Below are positions 23,581-32,113 of a stretch of 64,000 bases of DNA, one piece after another. Positions within the stretch are counted from its first letter, which is position 1, and every line of letters starts with the position of its first letter. The notes beneath the pieces are model-generated. The model made no database searches, had not been told where the DNA came from, and saw nothing but the letters and a program-made list of their open reading frames with translations. The position numbers were made by a program, and so were the translations under genes. The DNA comes from an uncultured Ruminococcus sp. (GTDB taxonomy: Bacteria; Bacillota; Clostridia; Oscillospirales; CAG-272): assembly GCA_964590755.1 (NCBI GenBank), contig CAZPYK010000003.1, forward strand, positions 3,382-67,381, written 5' to 3'.

Positions 23581-24762
23581 ATGGCAGAGAACAAAAGAGA
23601 TTACTATGAGGTGCTGGGTATCGAGCGCGGCGCCGATGACGATACGATAAAAAAAGCATATCGCAAGATGGCGAAGCAATATCACCCGGATCTTCATCCG
23701 GGAGATAAGGATGCCGAGGCGAAATTCAAGGAGGTCAACGAGGCATATGCCGTGCTTTCGGATGCCGACAAGCGTGCGGCGTATGACAGATACGGCCATG
23801 CGGCGTTTGACGGCAGTATGGGTGGCGGCGGAGGCTTCTCCGGGGGCTTTTCTGCCGATTTCGGCGACATTGGGGATATTTTTTCTTCATTTTTCGGCGG
23901 CGGATTCGGAGGTGGCTATTCGGGTCAGCGCAGAAACGGTCCGATAAGAGGAGACGATATCGGAGTTCGCATTACGATAGATTTTGAGGAGGCTGTATTC
24001 GGTGTCAAGAAGGACGTGAGCTTCAAGCGCGTGACAAAATGCTCCGAATGCGGCGGCAGCGGTGCCAAAAAGGGAACATCCGCCGAGACCTGCTCTGCCT
24101 GTAACGGTACCGGACAGCGCCGTGTTACACAGAGGCTGGGGGGAATGCAGTTCCAATCCACCGTGACCTGTGAGAGCTGTCACGGAACCGGAAGGGTCAT
24201 AAAGGATCCTTGCCGCTCCTGCGGAGGCAGTGGCTTTACGACTGTTCCGAAAACCATTGCCGTGTCTATACCCGCCGGTATCAACGACGGTGAGCGAATC
24301 GCCCTGCGCGGTCAGGGAAATGACGGCAAAAACGGCGGTTCGGCGGGCGATCTTATAATTGAGGTCCGCGTCAGACAGCACAATATCTTCGAGCGTGACG
24401 GCGTTACGCTTTACTGCGATGTCCCGGTGACCGTTGCGGAGGCGACTCTGGGGGCGGAGATAGAGGTCCCGACTCTTGAGGGAGTGCGCAAATACAAGAT
24501 CCCCGAGGGGACGCAGCCCGGAACGCGGTTCACACTCAGCAGATGCGGCGTGCCTTATGTCAACAATTCCTCTCGCAGGGGAGACTTGATCTTCACCGTG
24601 AACATCGAAATACCGCGCGGACTTAACGAAAAGCAAAAGAATGCCATGCGCGCTTTTGCGGACAGCTGCGGTGAATCGAATTACCCCAAGCGTCTGCGGC
24701 TTATCGACAGATTGAAGAATCTCAGAGACAGCAGAGAAAACAAAGAAAACAAAGATAAATGA
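23581..24762 (+). CDS. dnaJ: molecular chaperone DnaJ
   Basis: J domain (DYYEVLGIERGADDDTIKKAYRKMAKQYHPD), a G/F region, and four CxxCxGxG zinc motifs. Confidence 0.96.
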   Translation: MAENKRDYYEVLGIERGADDDTIKKAYRKMAKQYHPDLHPGDKDAEAKFKEVNEAYAVLSDADKRAAYDRYGHAAFDGSMGGGGGFSGGFSADFGDIGDIFSSFFGGGFGGGYSGQRRNGPIRGDDIGVRITIDFEEAVFGVKKDVSFKRVTKCSECGGSGAKKGTSAETCSACNGTGQRRVTQRLGGMQFQSTVTCESCHGTGRVIKDPCRSCGGSGFTTVPKTIAVSIPAGINDGERIALRGQGNDGKNGGSAGDLIIEVRVRQHNIFERDGVTLYCDVPVTVAEATLGAEIEVPTLEGVRKYKIPEGTQPGTRFTLSRCGVPYVNNSSRRGDLIFTVNIEIPRGLNEKQKNAMRAFADSCGESNYPKRLRLIDRLKNLRDSRENKENKDK

Positions 24763-24775
24763 TCGGAGCTCACAC

Positions 24776-25699
24776 ATGAGTTATGAGTATTCCAACTGGA
24801 CAGAGATCAAGCTGACGGTCAAGACCGTATGCCTTGATAACGCAATTGCCATAATGAGCGCCGTCGATCCCGGTCTGATGATAGAGGATTACAGCGATTT
24901 TGATCTGAAAAGCGTTTACGGCGATCTGGTGGACGAAAGAATACTTTCCGCGGACAAGACCATGGCGTCCGTGTCGGTATTTCTGCCCGAGGGCGGAGAT
25001 CTTGACGGTACGCTGAGTTTTATACGCGAAAGGCTTGCGGCAACTTCCATCGAGGGCGTTATATCCACCTCGGGTGTCAAGGAAGAGGATTTTGCCAATG
25101 CATGGCGGCAGTATTACAAGCCTCTGCATATCGGTCGTATAGTTATCGTGCCGAAGTGGGAGAACTATGAGCCTCGTGATGGCGAGATAATTATCGGAAT
25201 GGATCCGGGCATGGCGTTCGGAACCGGTTCGCACGAGACCACAAGGCTGGTGATAGGGCTTTTGGAAGAGACCGTAAAGCCCGGCGACAATGTGCTTGAT
25301 GTCGGTACGGGCAGCGGAATACTTGCCGTTTGCGCGTCAAAGCTCGGCGCCGCACATTGTCGGGCGTATGATATAGACCCGGTGGCGATCGAGGTGGCGG
25401 CGGAAAATGCCGCCGAAAACGGTTGCGAAAACATAGAGGTCGGACGTTCGGATCTTTTGGCGGGCGTTGCCGCGGGTCAATACGATGTGGTATGTGCCAA
25501 TATAGTTGCGGATATCATCATTCGCATGGCGCCGGACATCGGACGCTTTATGCATGACAGGTCGACGCTCTTGGCATCCGGCATCATAAACGAGCGCGCC
25601 GCGGATGTCATTGAGGCGCTTGAGGGCAACGGTTTGTATGTCGCTCGCGCGCTTGAGGACAACGGCTGGACGGCACTTGCGGTGAAAAAACTTATTTAA
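24776..25699 (+). CDS. prmA: ribosomal protein L11 methyltransferase
   Basis: PrmA architecture with WRQYYKPLHIGRIVIVP, GMAFGTGSHETT and LDVGTGSGILA. It sits downstream of dnaJ, as in many Firmicutes. Confidence 0.92.
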   Translation: MSYEYSNWTEIKLTVKTVCLDNAIAIMSAVDPGLMIEDYSDFDLKSVYGDLVDERILSADKTMASVSVFLPEGGDLDGTLSFIRERLAATSIEGVISTSGVKEEDFANAWRQYYKPLHIGRIVIVPKWENYEPRDGEIIIGMDPGMAFGTGSHETTRLVIGLLEETVKPGDNVLDVGTGSGILAVCASKLGAAHCRAYDIDPVAIEVAAENAAENGCENIEVGRSDLLAGVAAGQYDVVCANIVADIIIRMAPDIGRFMHDRSTLLASGIINERAADVIEALEGNGLYVARALEDNGWTALAVKKLI

Positions 25700-25733
25700 G
25701 TTCATTCTACGCAAAGGAAATGCCTTAAGGGAG
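25696..25733. repeat. degenerate fragment related to the 37582-37761 palindromic element
   Basis: AGTTCATTCTACGCAAAGGAAAT matches AGTTCATCCTACGCGAAGGGAAT (37662-37684) at 20 of 23 positions. It is followed by GCCTTAAG, which resembles the element terminus. The prmA stop codon TAA lies at its left edge. Confidence 0.45.
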
Positions 25734-25781
25734 TTTGCGATGATCTTGCGTATGCAGACCGTACGCGTAAGCTTTTTCTCG

Positions 25782-25819
25782 TTGGGGGCTTGTCTCACGT
25801 TGATGAGACAAGCCCCCAA
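25782..25819. terminator. strong hairpin downstream of prmA (16-bp stem, weak T-run)
   Basis: TTGGGGGCTTGTCTCA-loop-TGAGACAAGCCCCCAA. Confidence 0.45.
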
Positions 25820-26098
25820 ACGCGTTTGTCCGCATCCGATCGTTAACGCGTGTCTTTCGTCTCATCACTGTCGGCTTTTAACGCGTCAAGAAGACCGCCG
25901 GGCAAACCGCAAGCCGTTGATTTTTTAAAAAAATGAAATGTTTTTTCGCATAATATATAATAAAATCACGATAAACTATAGACTTTTGACGTTTTTTATT
26001 GTATAATAATATAGTATAATTGCCATTGCGGCGTACCCGCGCCGTCAAGGCAGAGTACTTTGAAATATGTACTATATAATTTAAGGGGGAAAACAAGC

Positions 26099-26596
26099 AT
26101 GAAGAAGAAATTGACTGCGGTCGAATTTCACGGCACTCCCGAGCAGGAAGAGAAGCTTCTTGCGGTGATTGCCAAATACGACGGAGTCAAGGGCAAAATG
26201 ATGCCCATACTCCAGGAAGCGCAGGAGATCTACGGTTACCTTCCGTTAGAGGTCCAAAAGATCATTTCCTTAAAGACCGGCGTGTCTCTTGAGGAAATAT
26301 ACGGTATCACCACCTTTTATTCTCAGTTTAAGCTCAATCCCGACGGTCAGATAGCCATTGCGGTATGTCTCGGTACCGCATGCTATGTTAAGGGCTCGGG
26401 CGAGGTCATCGATGAGATATCCAAACAGCTCGGCGTTCCGGTCGGAGGTATTTCCGAGGATGGCAGATATTCTCTTGAAGCCACGCGCTGCATAGGTGCA
26501 TGCGGTCTGGCTCCCGTGCTTACCGTGAACGGCGAGGTTTACGGACGCCTTACGAAGGCGGATGTTGCCACAGTGCTTGCAAAGTATCGCGATTGA
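26099..26596 (+). CDS. hydC: NuoE-like [2Fe-2S] subunit of NADH-dependent [FeFe]-hydrogenase
   Basis: MPILQEAQEIYGYLP, CLGTACYVKG and CIGACGLAPV (thioredoxin-like 2Fe-2S Cys pattern). AAGGGGGA RBS before ATG 26099. Confidence 0.85.
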   Translation: MKKKLTAVEFHGTPEQEEKLLAVIAKYDGVKGKMMPILQEAQEIYGYLPLEVQKIISLKTGVSLEEIYGITTFYSQFKLNPDGQIAIAVCLGTACYVKGSGEVIDEISKQLGVPVGGISEDGRYSLEATRCIGACGLAPVLTVNGEVYGRLTKADVATVLAKYRD

Positions 26597-26620
26597 TAAG
26601 GGCGAAAGGAAATAAAGAAC

Positions 26621-28513
26621 ATGGAACATACGATCAAAACTATCGAAGCCCTTAACGAGGTTAAGTCGGCTTGCTTGAAAGAAATGGCTCTGCGTACGGG
26701 CGGAGACGCCACCGGCGGAAAGCTTAAGAGAGAGATACTTGTTTGCGGCGGTACCGGATGCACATCCTCGGGAAGCCCGAAGATCTGCGAACAGCTTGAG
26801 GAGCTTTTGAAGGCTCGCGGCGTCGCGGATACCGTAGAGGTCGTAATGACCGGCTGCTTCGGTCTCTGCGCACTCGGACCGATCATGATAGTGTACCCGG
26901 AGGGTACATTCTACAGCATGGTCACGCCGGAGCATTTGGAGGAGATAGTCGACTCTCACATTATCGGCGGTGAGCCGGTTGAAAAGTATATGTATCACGA
27001 AAAGTCGGAAAACGACAAGCTCGTGCCCAGACTTCAGGATACCAGATTCTTCAAAAAGCAACACAGAGTTGCACTGCGCAACTGCGGTGTTGTAAACCCC
27101 GAAAAGATAGAGGATTACATAGCGCGCGACGGATATCAGGCTATTGCCAAGGCGCTGACAACAATGACCCCGGATGAAGTCATTCAGACTATGCTTGATT
27201 CGGGTCTGCGCGGACGCGGCGGTGCCGGTTTCCCGACCGGCCTTAAGTGGAAATTCGCTTCCGGCAACCGCGGCAACGTAAAGAAATATGTTTGCTGCAA
27301 CGCCGACGAGGGCGACCCGGGTGCATTTATGGACCGTTCGGTGCTTGAGGGCGACCCGCATGCGGTGCTTGAGGCTATGTCCATAGCGGGATATGCCATC
27401 GGCGCGGATGAGGGATATATCTACGTTCGTGCAGAGTACCCCATAGCCATTCACAGACTTCAGATCGCCATAGATCAGGCTCGTGCCGCGGGATTGCTCG
27501 GCAAGGACATTTTCGGAACCGGCTTTGATTTCGATATTTCGCTCCGCTTCGGTGCCGGCGCATTCGTGTGCGGCGAGGAGACGGCGCTCATGACATCCAT
27601 CGAGGGCAAGAGAGGCGAACCGCGTCCCCGTCCGCCGTTCCCCGCAGTCAAGGGACTTTTCGCTCAGCCCACGATACTCAACAACGTTGAGACATATGCA
27701 AACATCCCGCAGATCATTTTGAACGGTCCGGCGTGGTTCGCTTCCATGGGAACCGAAAAGTCAAAGGGAACCAAGGTGTTTGCTCTGGGCGGCAAGATAA
27801 CCAATACGGGCCTGGTGGAGGTTCCGATGGGAACCACGCTTCGCGAGGTCGTTGAGGATATCGGCGGCGGTATTCCGAACGGAAAGAAATTCAAGGCGGC
27901 TCAGACCGGCGGACCTTCCGGCGGATGTATTCCCGCTCATCTTATCGATACACCGATCGATTACGATAACCTGCTTGCCATCGGCTCTATGATGGGCTCG
28001 GGCGGACTTATCGTAATGGACGAGGACAACTGCATGGTCGATATCGCAAAATTCTTCCTTGAATTTACCGTTGACGAGTCATGCGGAAAGTGCACCGCAT
28101 GTCGTATAGGTACAAAGCGTCTGCTTGAACTGCTGGACAAGATCATTTCCGGCAACGGTGAGCTTGAGGATATCGACAAGATGCAGGAGCTCTCGATGTA
28201 TATCAAGAGCAACTCTCTTTGCGGTCTCGGTCAGACGGCACCCAACCCCGTGCTTTCCACACTTCGCTATTTCAAGGACGAATATATTGCCCACATCGTC
28301 GAAAAGAGATGTCCCGCCGGCGTGTGCAAGAAGCTGGTGCGCTATCGCATAGTAGAGGAAAACTGCAAGGGCTGCACCGCTTGTGCGAGAGTATGTCCCG
28401 TGGGCGCGATCTCGGGTACTGTAAGAAATCCGCATAAGATCGATCCCGCCAAGTGCGTCAAGTGCGGCGCTTGCATCCAGAAGTGCAAGTTCGGCGCAAT
28501 CGTAAAGGAATAA
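26621..28513 (+). CDS. hydB: NuoF-like flavoprotein subunit of NADH-dependent [FeFe]-hydrogenase
   Basis: N-terminal 2Fe-2S domain, GLRGRGGAGFPTGLKW (FMN/NADH site), ESCGKCTACR, and two C-terminal CxxCxxCxxxCP ferredoxin motifs. Confidence 0.88.
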   Translation: MEHTIKTIEALNEVKSACLKEMALRTGGDATGGKLKREILVCGGTGCTSSGSPKICEQLEELLKARGVADTVEVVMTGCFGLCALGPIMIVYPEGTFYSMVTPEHLEEIVDSHIIGGEPVEKYMYHEKSENDKLVPRLQDTRFFKKQHRVALRNCGVVNPEKIEDYIARDGYQAIAKALTTMTPDEVIQTMLDSGLRGRGGAGFPTGLKWKFASGNRGNVKKYVCCNADEGDPGAFMDRSVLEGDPHAVLEAMSIAGYAIGADEGYIYVRAEYPIAIHRLQIAIDQARAAGLLGKDIFGTGFDFDISLRFGAGAFVCGEETALMTSIEGKRGEPRPRPPFPAVKGLFAQPTILNNVETYANIPQIILNGPAWFASMGTEKSKGTKVFALGGKITNTGLVEVPMGTTLREVVEDIGGGIPNGKKFKAAQTGGPSGGCIPAHLIDTPIDYDNLLAIGSMMGSGGLIVMDEDNCMVDIAKFFLEFTVDESCGKCTACRIGTKRLLELLDKIISGNGELEDIDKMQELSMYIKSNSLCGLGQTAPNPVLSTLRYFKDEYIAHIVEKRCPAGVCKKLVRYRIVEENCKGCTACARVCPVGAISGTVRNPHKIDPAKCVKCGACIQKCKFGAIVKE

Positions 28514-28532
28514 TTCGAAGGAGAACGAGATA

Positions 28533-30287
28533 ATGGAAAAAATAAATGTAACGATCAACGGCAGAGAATATGCCGTAGATAAGGGCTGTACCGTTCTCGA
28601 GGCGGCAAGAGCCGCACATATAGACATTCCCACGCTTTGCTATCTCAAGGATATAAACGAGATAGGCGCATGTCGTATCTGCCTTGTTGAGGTATCCGAA
28701 AACGGCAAGCCCTTCCGCATGGTTGCATCCTGCGTTTATCCCGTGACCGAGGGAATGGCGATACGCACGAATTCGCCCGCGGTCTACAATGCAAGAAAGA
28801 CCAACCTTGAGCTGGTGCTTTCCAACCACGAAAAGCACTGCCTTTCCTGCGTGCGCTCGACCACATGCGAGCTTCAAAAGCTTTGCAACGAATATGGTGT
28901 GGACGAGCACAGATTCGGCGGCGCCGTAAATCACTACGAGATAGACGACCGCTCCCCAATAATCCGTGATAACAATAAGTGCATACTTTGCCGCCGTTGT
29001 GTTGCCGCATGTTCGGCAATGCAGGGAATAGGTGTTATCGGCGCCAACGACAGAGGCTTTGATACGCATATCGCATGTGCCTTCGAGCAGCCGCTTTCCG
29101 AGACCTCGTGCGTAAACTGCGGTCAGTGCATCGTGGCATGTCCCGTGGGTGCTCTTTATGAGAGAGATGACACGGATAAGGTTCGCGAGGCTATTGCCGA
29201 TCCGTCAAAGCATGTATTCATCTGCACCGCTCCCTCGGTACGTGCACAGATCGGAGAGTGCTTCGGCTATGAGCCCGGCACCGATTGCGAGGGCAAGATG
29301 GTAGCCGCACTCAAGGCTCTCGGCTTTGAAGGCGTATACGATATGAACCTTACCGCCGACTTGACGATAATCGAGGAGGCGAACGAGCTCATCGGTCGCA
29401 TCCAAAACGGCGGAAAGCTTCCCATGATCACCTCCTGCTCGCCCGGATGGGTCAAGTTCTGCGAGCATTATTATCCCGAGTTTACCGAAAATCTTTCCAC
29501 CTGCAAGTCTCCGCAGCAGATGTTCGGTGCTGTGATGAAGACCTATTTCGCCGAAAAGACGGGCTATGATCCCAAGGATATCTTCTTTGTGTCTGCGATA
29601 CCTTGTACGGCAAAGAAGTTTGAGGTCGGCAGACCCGATCAGTCGGCGTCGGGATATCCGGATGTTGACGTTGCCATCACCACTCGCGAGGTGGGCAGAA
29701 TGATAGAAAAGGCGGGCATAAAGTTCCGCGAGCTTGAGGATGAGACCTTCGATAAGCCGTTTGATATCGGTTCGGGTGCCGGAGCTATCTTCGGCGCGAC
29801 CGGTGGCGTTATGGAAGCCGCACTGCGCTATGCCGCAGAGATCATTCTCGGCAAGCCGCTTGAGCAGCCTCTTGAAACGCCCGAGGTCAGACGCGCGGGC
29901 AACGATATAGGCTACAGGACCGCATCCTACAAGGTCGGAGATACGACGGTAAATGTTGCGGTAGCTTCCGGAACCAAGAATGCAGCGGCACTTTTGGATG
30001 ACGTGAAGGCGGGCAAGCTGGATGTTCAATTTATTGAGATCATGGCATGTCCCGGCGGCTGTGTAAACGGCGGCGGTCAGCCTTATCAGCCGGCGTCGGT
30101 GCGCAACAATGTCGATCTTCGCGCACTTCGTGCCGCCGTCCTCTACAAGGACGATCGCGATTGCGATATCCGCGAATCTCAGAAGAATGCGGCTGTGATG
30201 AAGCTTTACGAGGAATACTTCGGAAAGCCCAACAGCCACAAGGCGCACGAGGTCCTGCATACATCATACATAAAGCGCGGGCTGTAA
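28533..30287 (+). CDS. hydA: [FeFe]-hydrogenase catalytic subunit (multi-cluster, group A type)
   Basis: N-terminal 2Fe-2S domain (CRICLVEV), a His-ligated cluster (HEKHCLSCVRSTTCELQ), and two 4Fe-4S motifs. H-cluster motifs are TSCSPGW (variant of TSCCPxW), IPCTAKKFE and IEIMACPGGCVNGGGQP. Confidence 0.9.
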   Translation: MEKINVTINGREYAVDKGCTVLEAARAAHIDIPTLCYLKDINEIGACRICLVEVSENGKPFRMVASCVYPVTEGMAIRTNSPAVYNARKTNLELVLSNHEKHCLSCVRSTTCELQKLCNEYGVDEHRFGGAVNHYEIDDRSPIIRDNNKCILCRRCVAACSAMQGIGVIGANDRGFDTHIACAFEQPLSETSCVNCGQCIVACPVGALYERDDTDKVREAIADPSKHVFICTAPSVRAQIGECFGYEPGTDCEGKMVAALKALGFEGVYDMNLTADLTIIEEANELIGRIQNGGKLPMITSCSPGWVKFCEHYYPEFTENLSTCKSPQQMFGAVMKTYFAEKTGYDPKDIFFVSAIPCTAKKFEVGRPDQSASGYPDVDVAITTREVGRMIEKAGIKFRELEDETFDKPFDIGSGAGAIFGATGGVMEAALRYAAEIILGKPLEQPLETPEVRRAGNDIGYRTASYKVGDTTVNVAVASGTKNAAALLDDVKAGKLDVQFIEIMACPGGCVNGGGQPYQPASVRNNVDLRALRAAVLYKDDRDCDIRESQKNAAVMKLYEEYFGKPNSHKAHEVLHTSYIKRGL

Positions 30288-30312
30288 GCGCTGATAAAAT
30301 AAAGCTGAAAAT

Positions 30313-30338
30313 GGGGATGCCGATCTTGCGGCATCCCC
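30313..30338. terminator. bidirectional hairpin between hydA and spoVB
   Basis: GGGGATGCCG-ATCTTG-CGGCATCCCC forms a 10-bp perfect stem between convergent stop codons. Confidence 0.55.
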
Positions 30339-30350
30339 TAAATAATGCAA

Positions 30351-31958
30351 TTATTCCGCTGTTTGTGAATGGCGTGAGCTTCTTTGAGGCAAAAGTGACG
30401 ACCTCAGCCAGTGCCAAAGTTCGCTGTCTACGCTTCCGGTGGCATAAAGAAACGTCGCATAGATCAGAAGTGTAACGAGCATACGGCATGCCAGCGCCGC
30501 TTCCGCGCTCATGCTCGATAAAAACTGCGGCAATGCCAACAAAAGCAAGCGTGTGCAAGAGGTCGCTCCGACCACAGACAGCAACGGCAGTGCTATCCAG
30601 TGAATGAGTTTCGGACGCATGGCGCTCACTCGGAGCAAGCGTGCGGCGCTGAGCGCAAAATTGATCAGCTCGCTGATGTACAGCACTGCGATATATCCGT
30701 TTATTCCGAATAATGGCAGAAGCAGCCACACCAGAAGCGCCGACAATGCCGAATCCGCAATATTGACATTCATCGTATATACCTGCTCGCCCAAGCCTTT
30801 AAGCATTGAGTCGGTAACGGTATCAAGATACATCACGGGCATAAGAGGCCCCAGCGCACGTATCTGGCGAGAGACATCCGACGAGCCGTAGAGAACGTTG
30901 CCCAATTCATCCGCAAAGCAGATAAAGATTCCCGCAGCTCCCGCACCGAAAATGACAGTCAAGCGCCATACTCTGCCGGAGATATAGGATATTCTTTTTC
31001 GTTCGTTCAGAGCCGAGGCGGTGGTGAGTTCGGGGATCAGCAGCCCGGTAAAGGAGTTGATCACGGCATACGGGAACATGACGATCGGCATTACCATGGC
31101 GTTCAGCATACCGTATTCTGCAAGAGCGGTAACGCGCGACGAGCCCGATCTTTCCAAGCCGAGAGGGATCAATATGTGTTCTATGGTCGTAAAGCCCGAC
31201 CGAACATACGAGCTGACGGCGACCGGAAGTGCGGTGGACAGCAGCATGCGTGTGCTTTCTCTCGCGCTTGTGTGTGAGTATCCCTTGCCTATATGAAAGC
31301 GCAGATCGAACAAAAAAAGAATAAATCCGACCGCGCAGGAAAGAATTTCGGATATTGCGCCGCCAAGCACCAGCGCGGTACAGCACCATTCGGCTCCCAG
31401 CGGCAAAAAACGCATGAGCAAAAACGACACCGAAAAAATTTTGACAGCTTGCTCGGTTATTTGCGACAGTGCACTCTTCCATACTCTTCTCACGGCGGAA
31501 AAATACCCCGACAGTGCAGAAGATATCGATATGGCGGGCAGGGACAAGCCGAGAAGCCTTAACTGCAGCACCGTACGCTCGTCGTTTAAGATTACTGTTC
31601 CTATACTGTCCGCCAGAGTGATCATCAGCAGTGCCGCCAAGGTGCCGAATCCGAGTGCGTATACGAGAGCGCGTTTAAGCGCTGCGCGTGCGGTGCCGCC
31701 GCCCCTGTCCTCTCCGTCGCTCAGCGCCTTGGCGACCGTTCTCGCGGTCGCAAGGTTTATGCCGGATGTTGCCAATGTCAGTCCAAATCCCCATACGCTT
31801 GTGCAGAGCGAATACAGCCCCATTACCTCGGCGCCGACTTTGTTGGATATCCAAACGCTGAAGCTGACTCCGACTGCGCGCATGATGATCGCCGCGCAGG
31901 ACATGAGCAATGAATTGTATATCAGTGTGCGCGCATGACTGCGCTCGCCGGGTAGCAT
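30351..31958 (-). CDS. spoVB: stage V sporulation protein B / MOP-superfamily (MurJ-like) flippase
   Basis: A 535-aa polytopic membrane protein whose N-terminus LIYNSLLMSCAAIIMRAVGVSFSVWISNKVGAEVMGLYSL is typical of SpoVB. Strong GGGGGAGGTG RBS. Confidence 0.8.
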   Translation of the reverse strand: MLPGERSHARTLIYNSLLMSCAAIIMRAVGVSFSVWISNKVGAEVMGLYSLCTSVWGFGLTLATSGINLATARTVAKALSDGEDRGGGTARAALKRALVYALGFGTLAALLMITLADSIGTVILNDERTVLQLRLLGLSLPAISISSALSGYFSAVRRVWKSALSQITEQAVKIFSVSFLLMRFLPLGAEWCCTALVLGGAISEILSCAVGFILFLFDLRFHIGKGYSHTSARESTRMLLSTALPVAVSSYVRSGFTTIEHILIPLGLERSGSSRVTALAEYGMLNAMVMPIVMFPYAVINSFTGLLIPELTTASALNERKRISYISGRVWRLTVIFGAGAAGIFICFADELGNVLYGSSDVSRQIRALGPLMPVMYLDTVTDSMLKGLGEQVYTMNVNIADSALSALLVWLLLPLFGINGYIAVLYISELINFALSAARLLRVSAMRPKLIHWIALPLLSVVGATSCTRLLLLALPQFLSSMSAEAALACRMLVTLLIYATFLYATGSVDSELWHWLRSSLLPQRSSRHSQTAE

Positions 31959-32084
31959 TTTCGAACACCTCCCCCAAAAATGACACAGTAAATACTATGC
32001 GCCGCGACACGATATCATTCTTGTATCATTCCCGACAAGCGTCTGATCCGGCGCAAATTATTTTAATAAAAACGGTCCGATTTA

Positions 32085-32113
32085 TTGCATGTGAGAGAAA
32101 AATATAGTATAAT
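32085..32113 (+). promoter_or_regulatory. sigma-A promoter (TTGCAT-17-TATAAT) driving the rhaA leader
   Basis: TTGCAT lies at 32085-32090 and TATAAT at 32108-32113 with a 17-nt spacer. The predicted start site falls at the beginning of the first tandem repeat unit. Confidence 0.6.

Noticed and set aside
25740-26096. Small ORFs in the prmA-hydC intergenic region (62 aa on the plus strand, 72 aa on the minus strand).
   Set aside because: They have no RBS, their composition is implausible, and they overlap hairpins and AT-rich promoter DNA.
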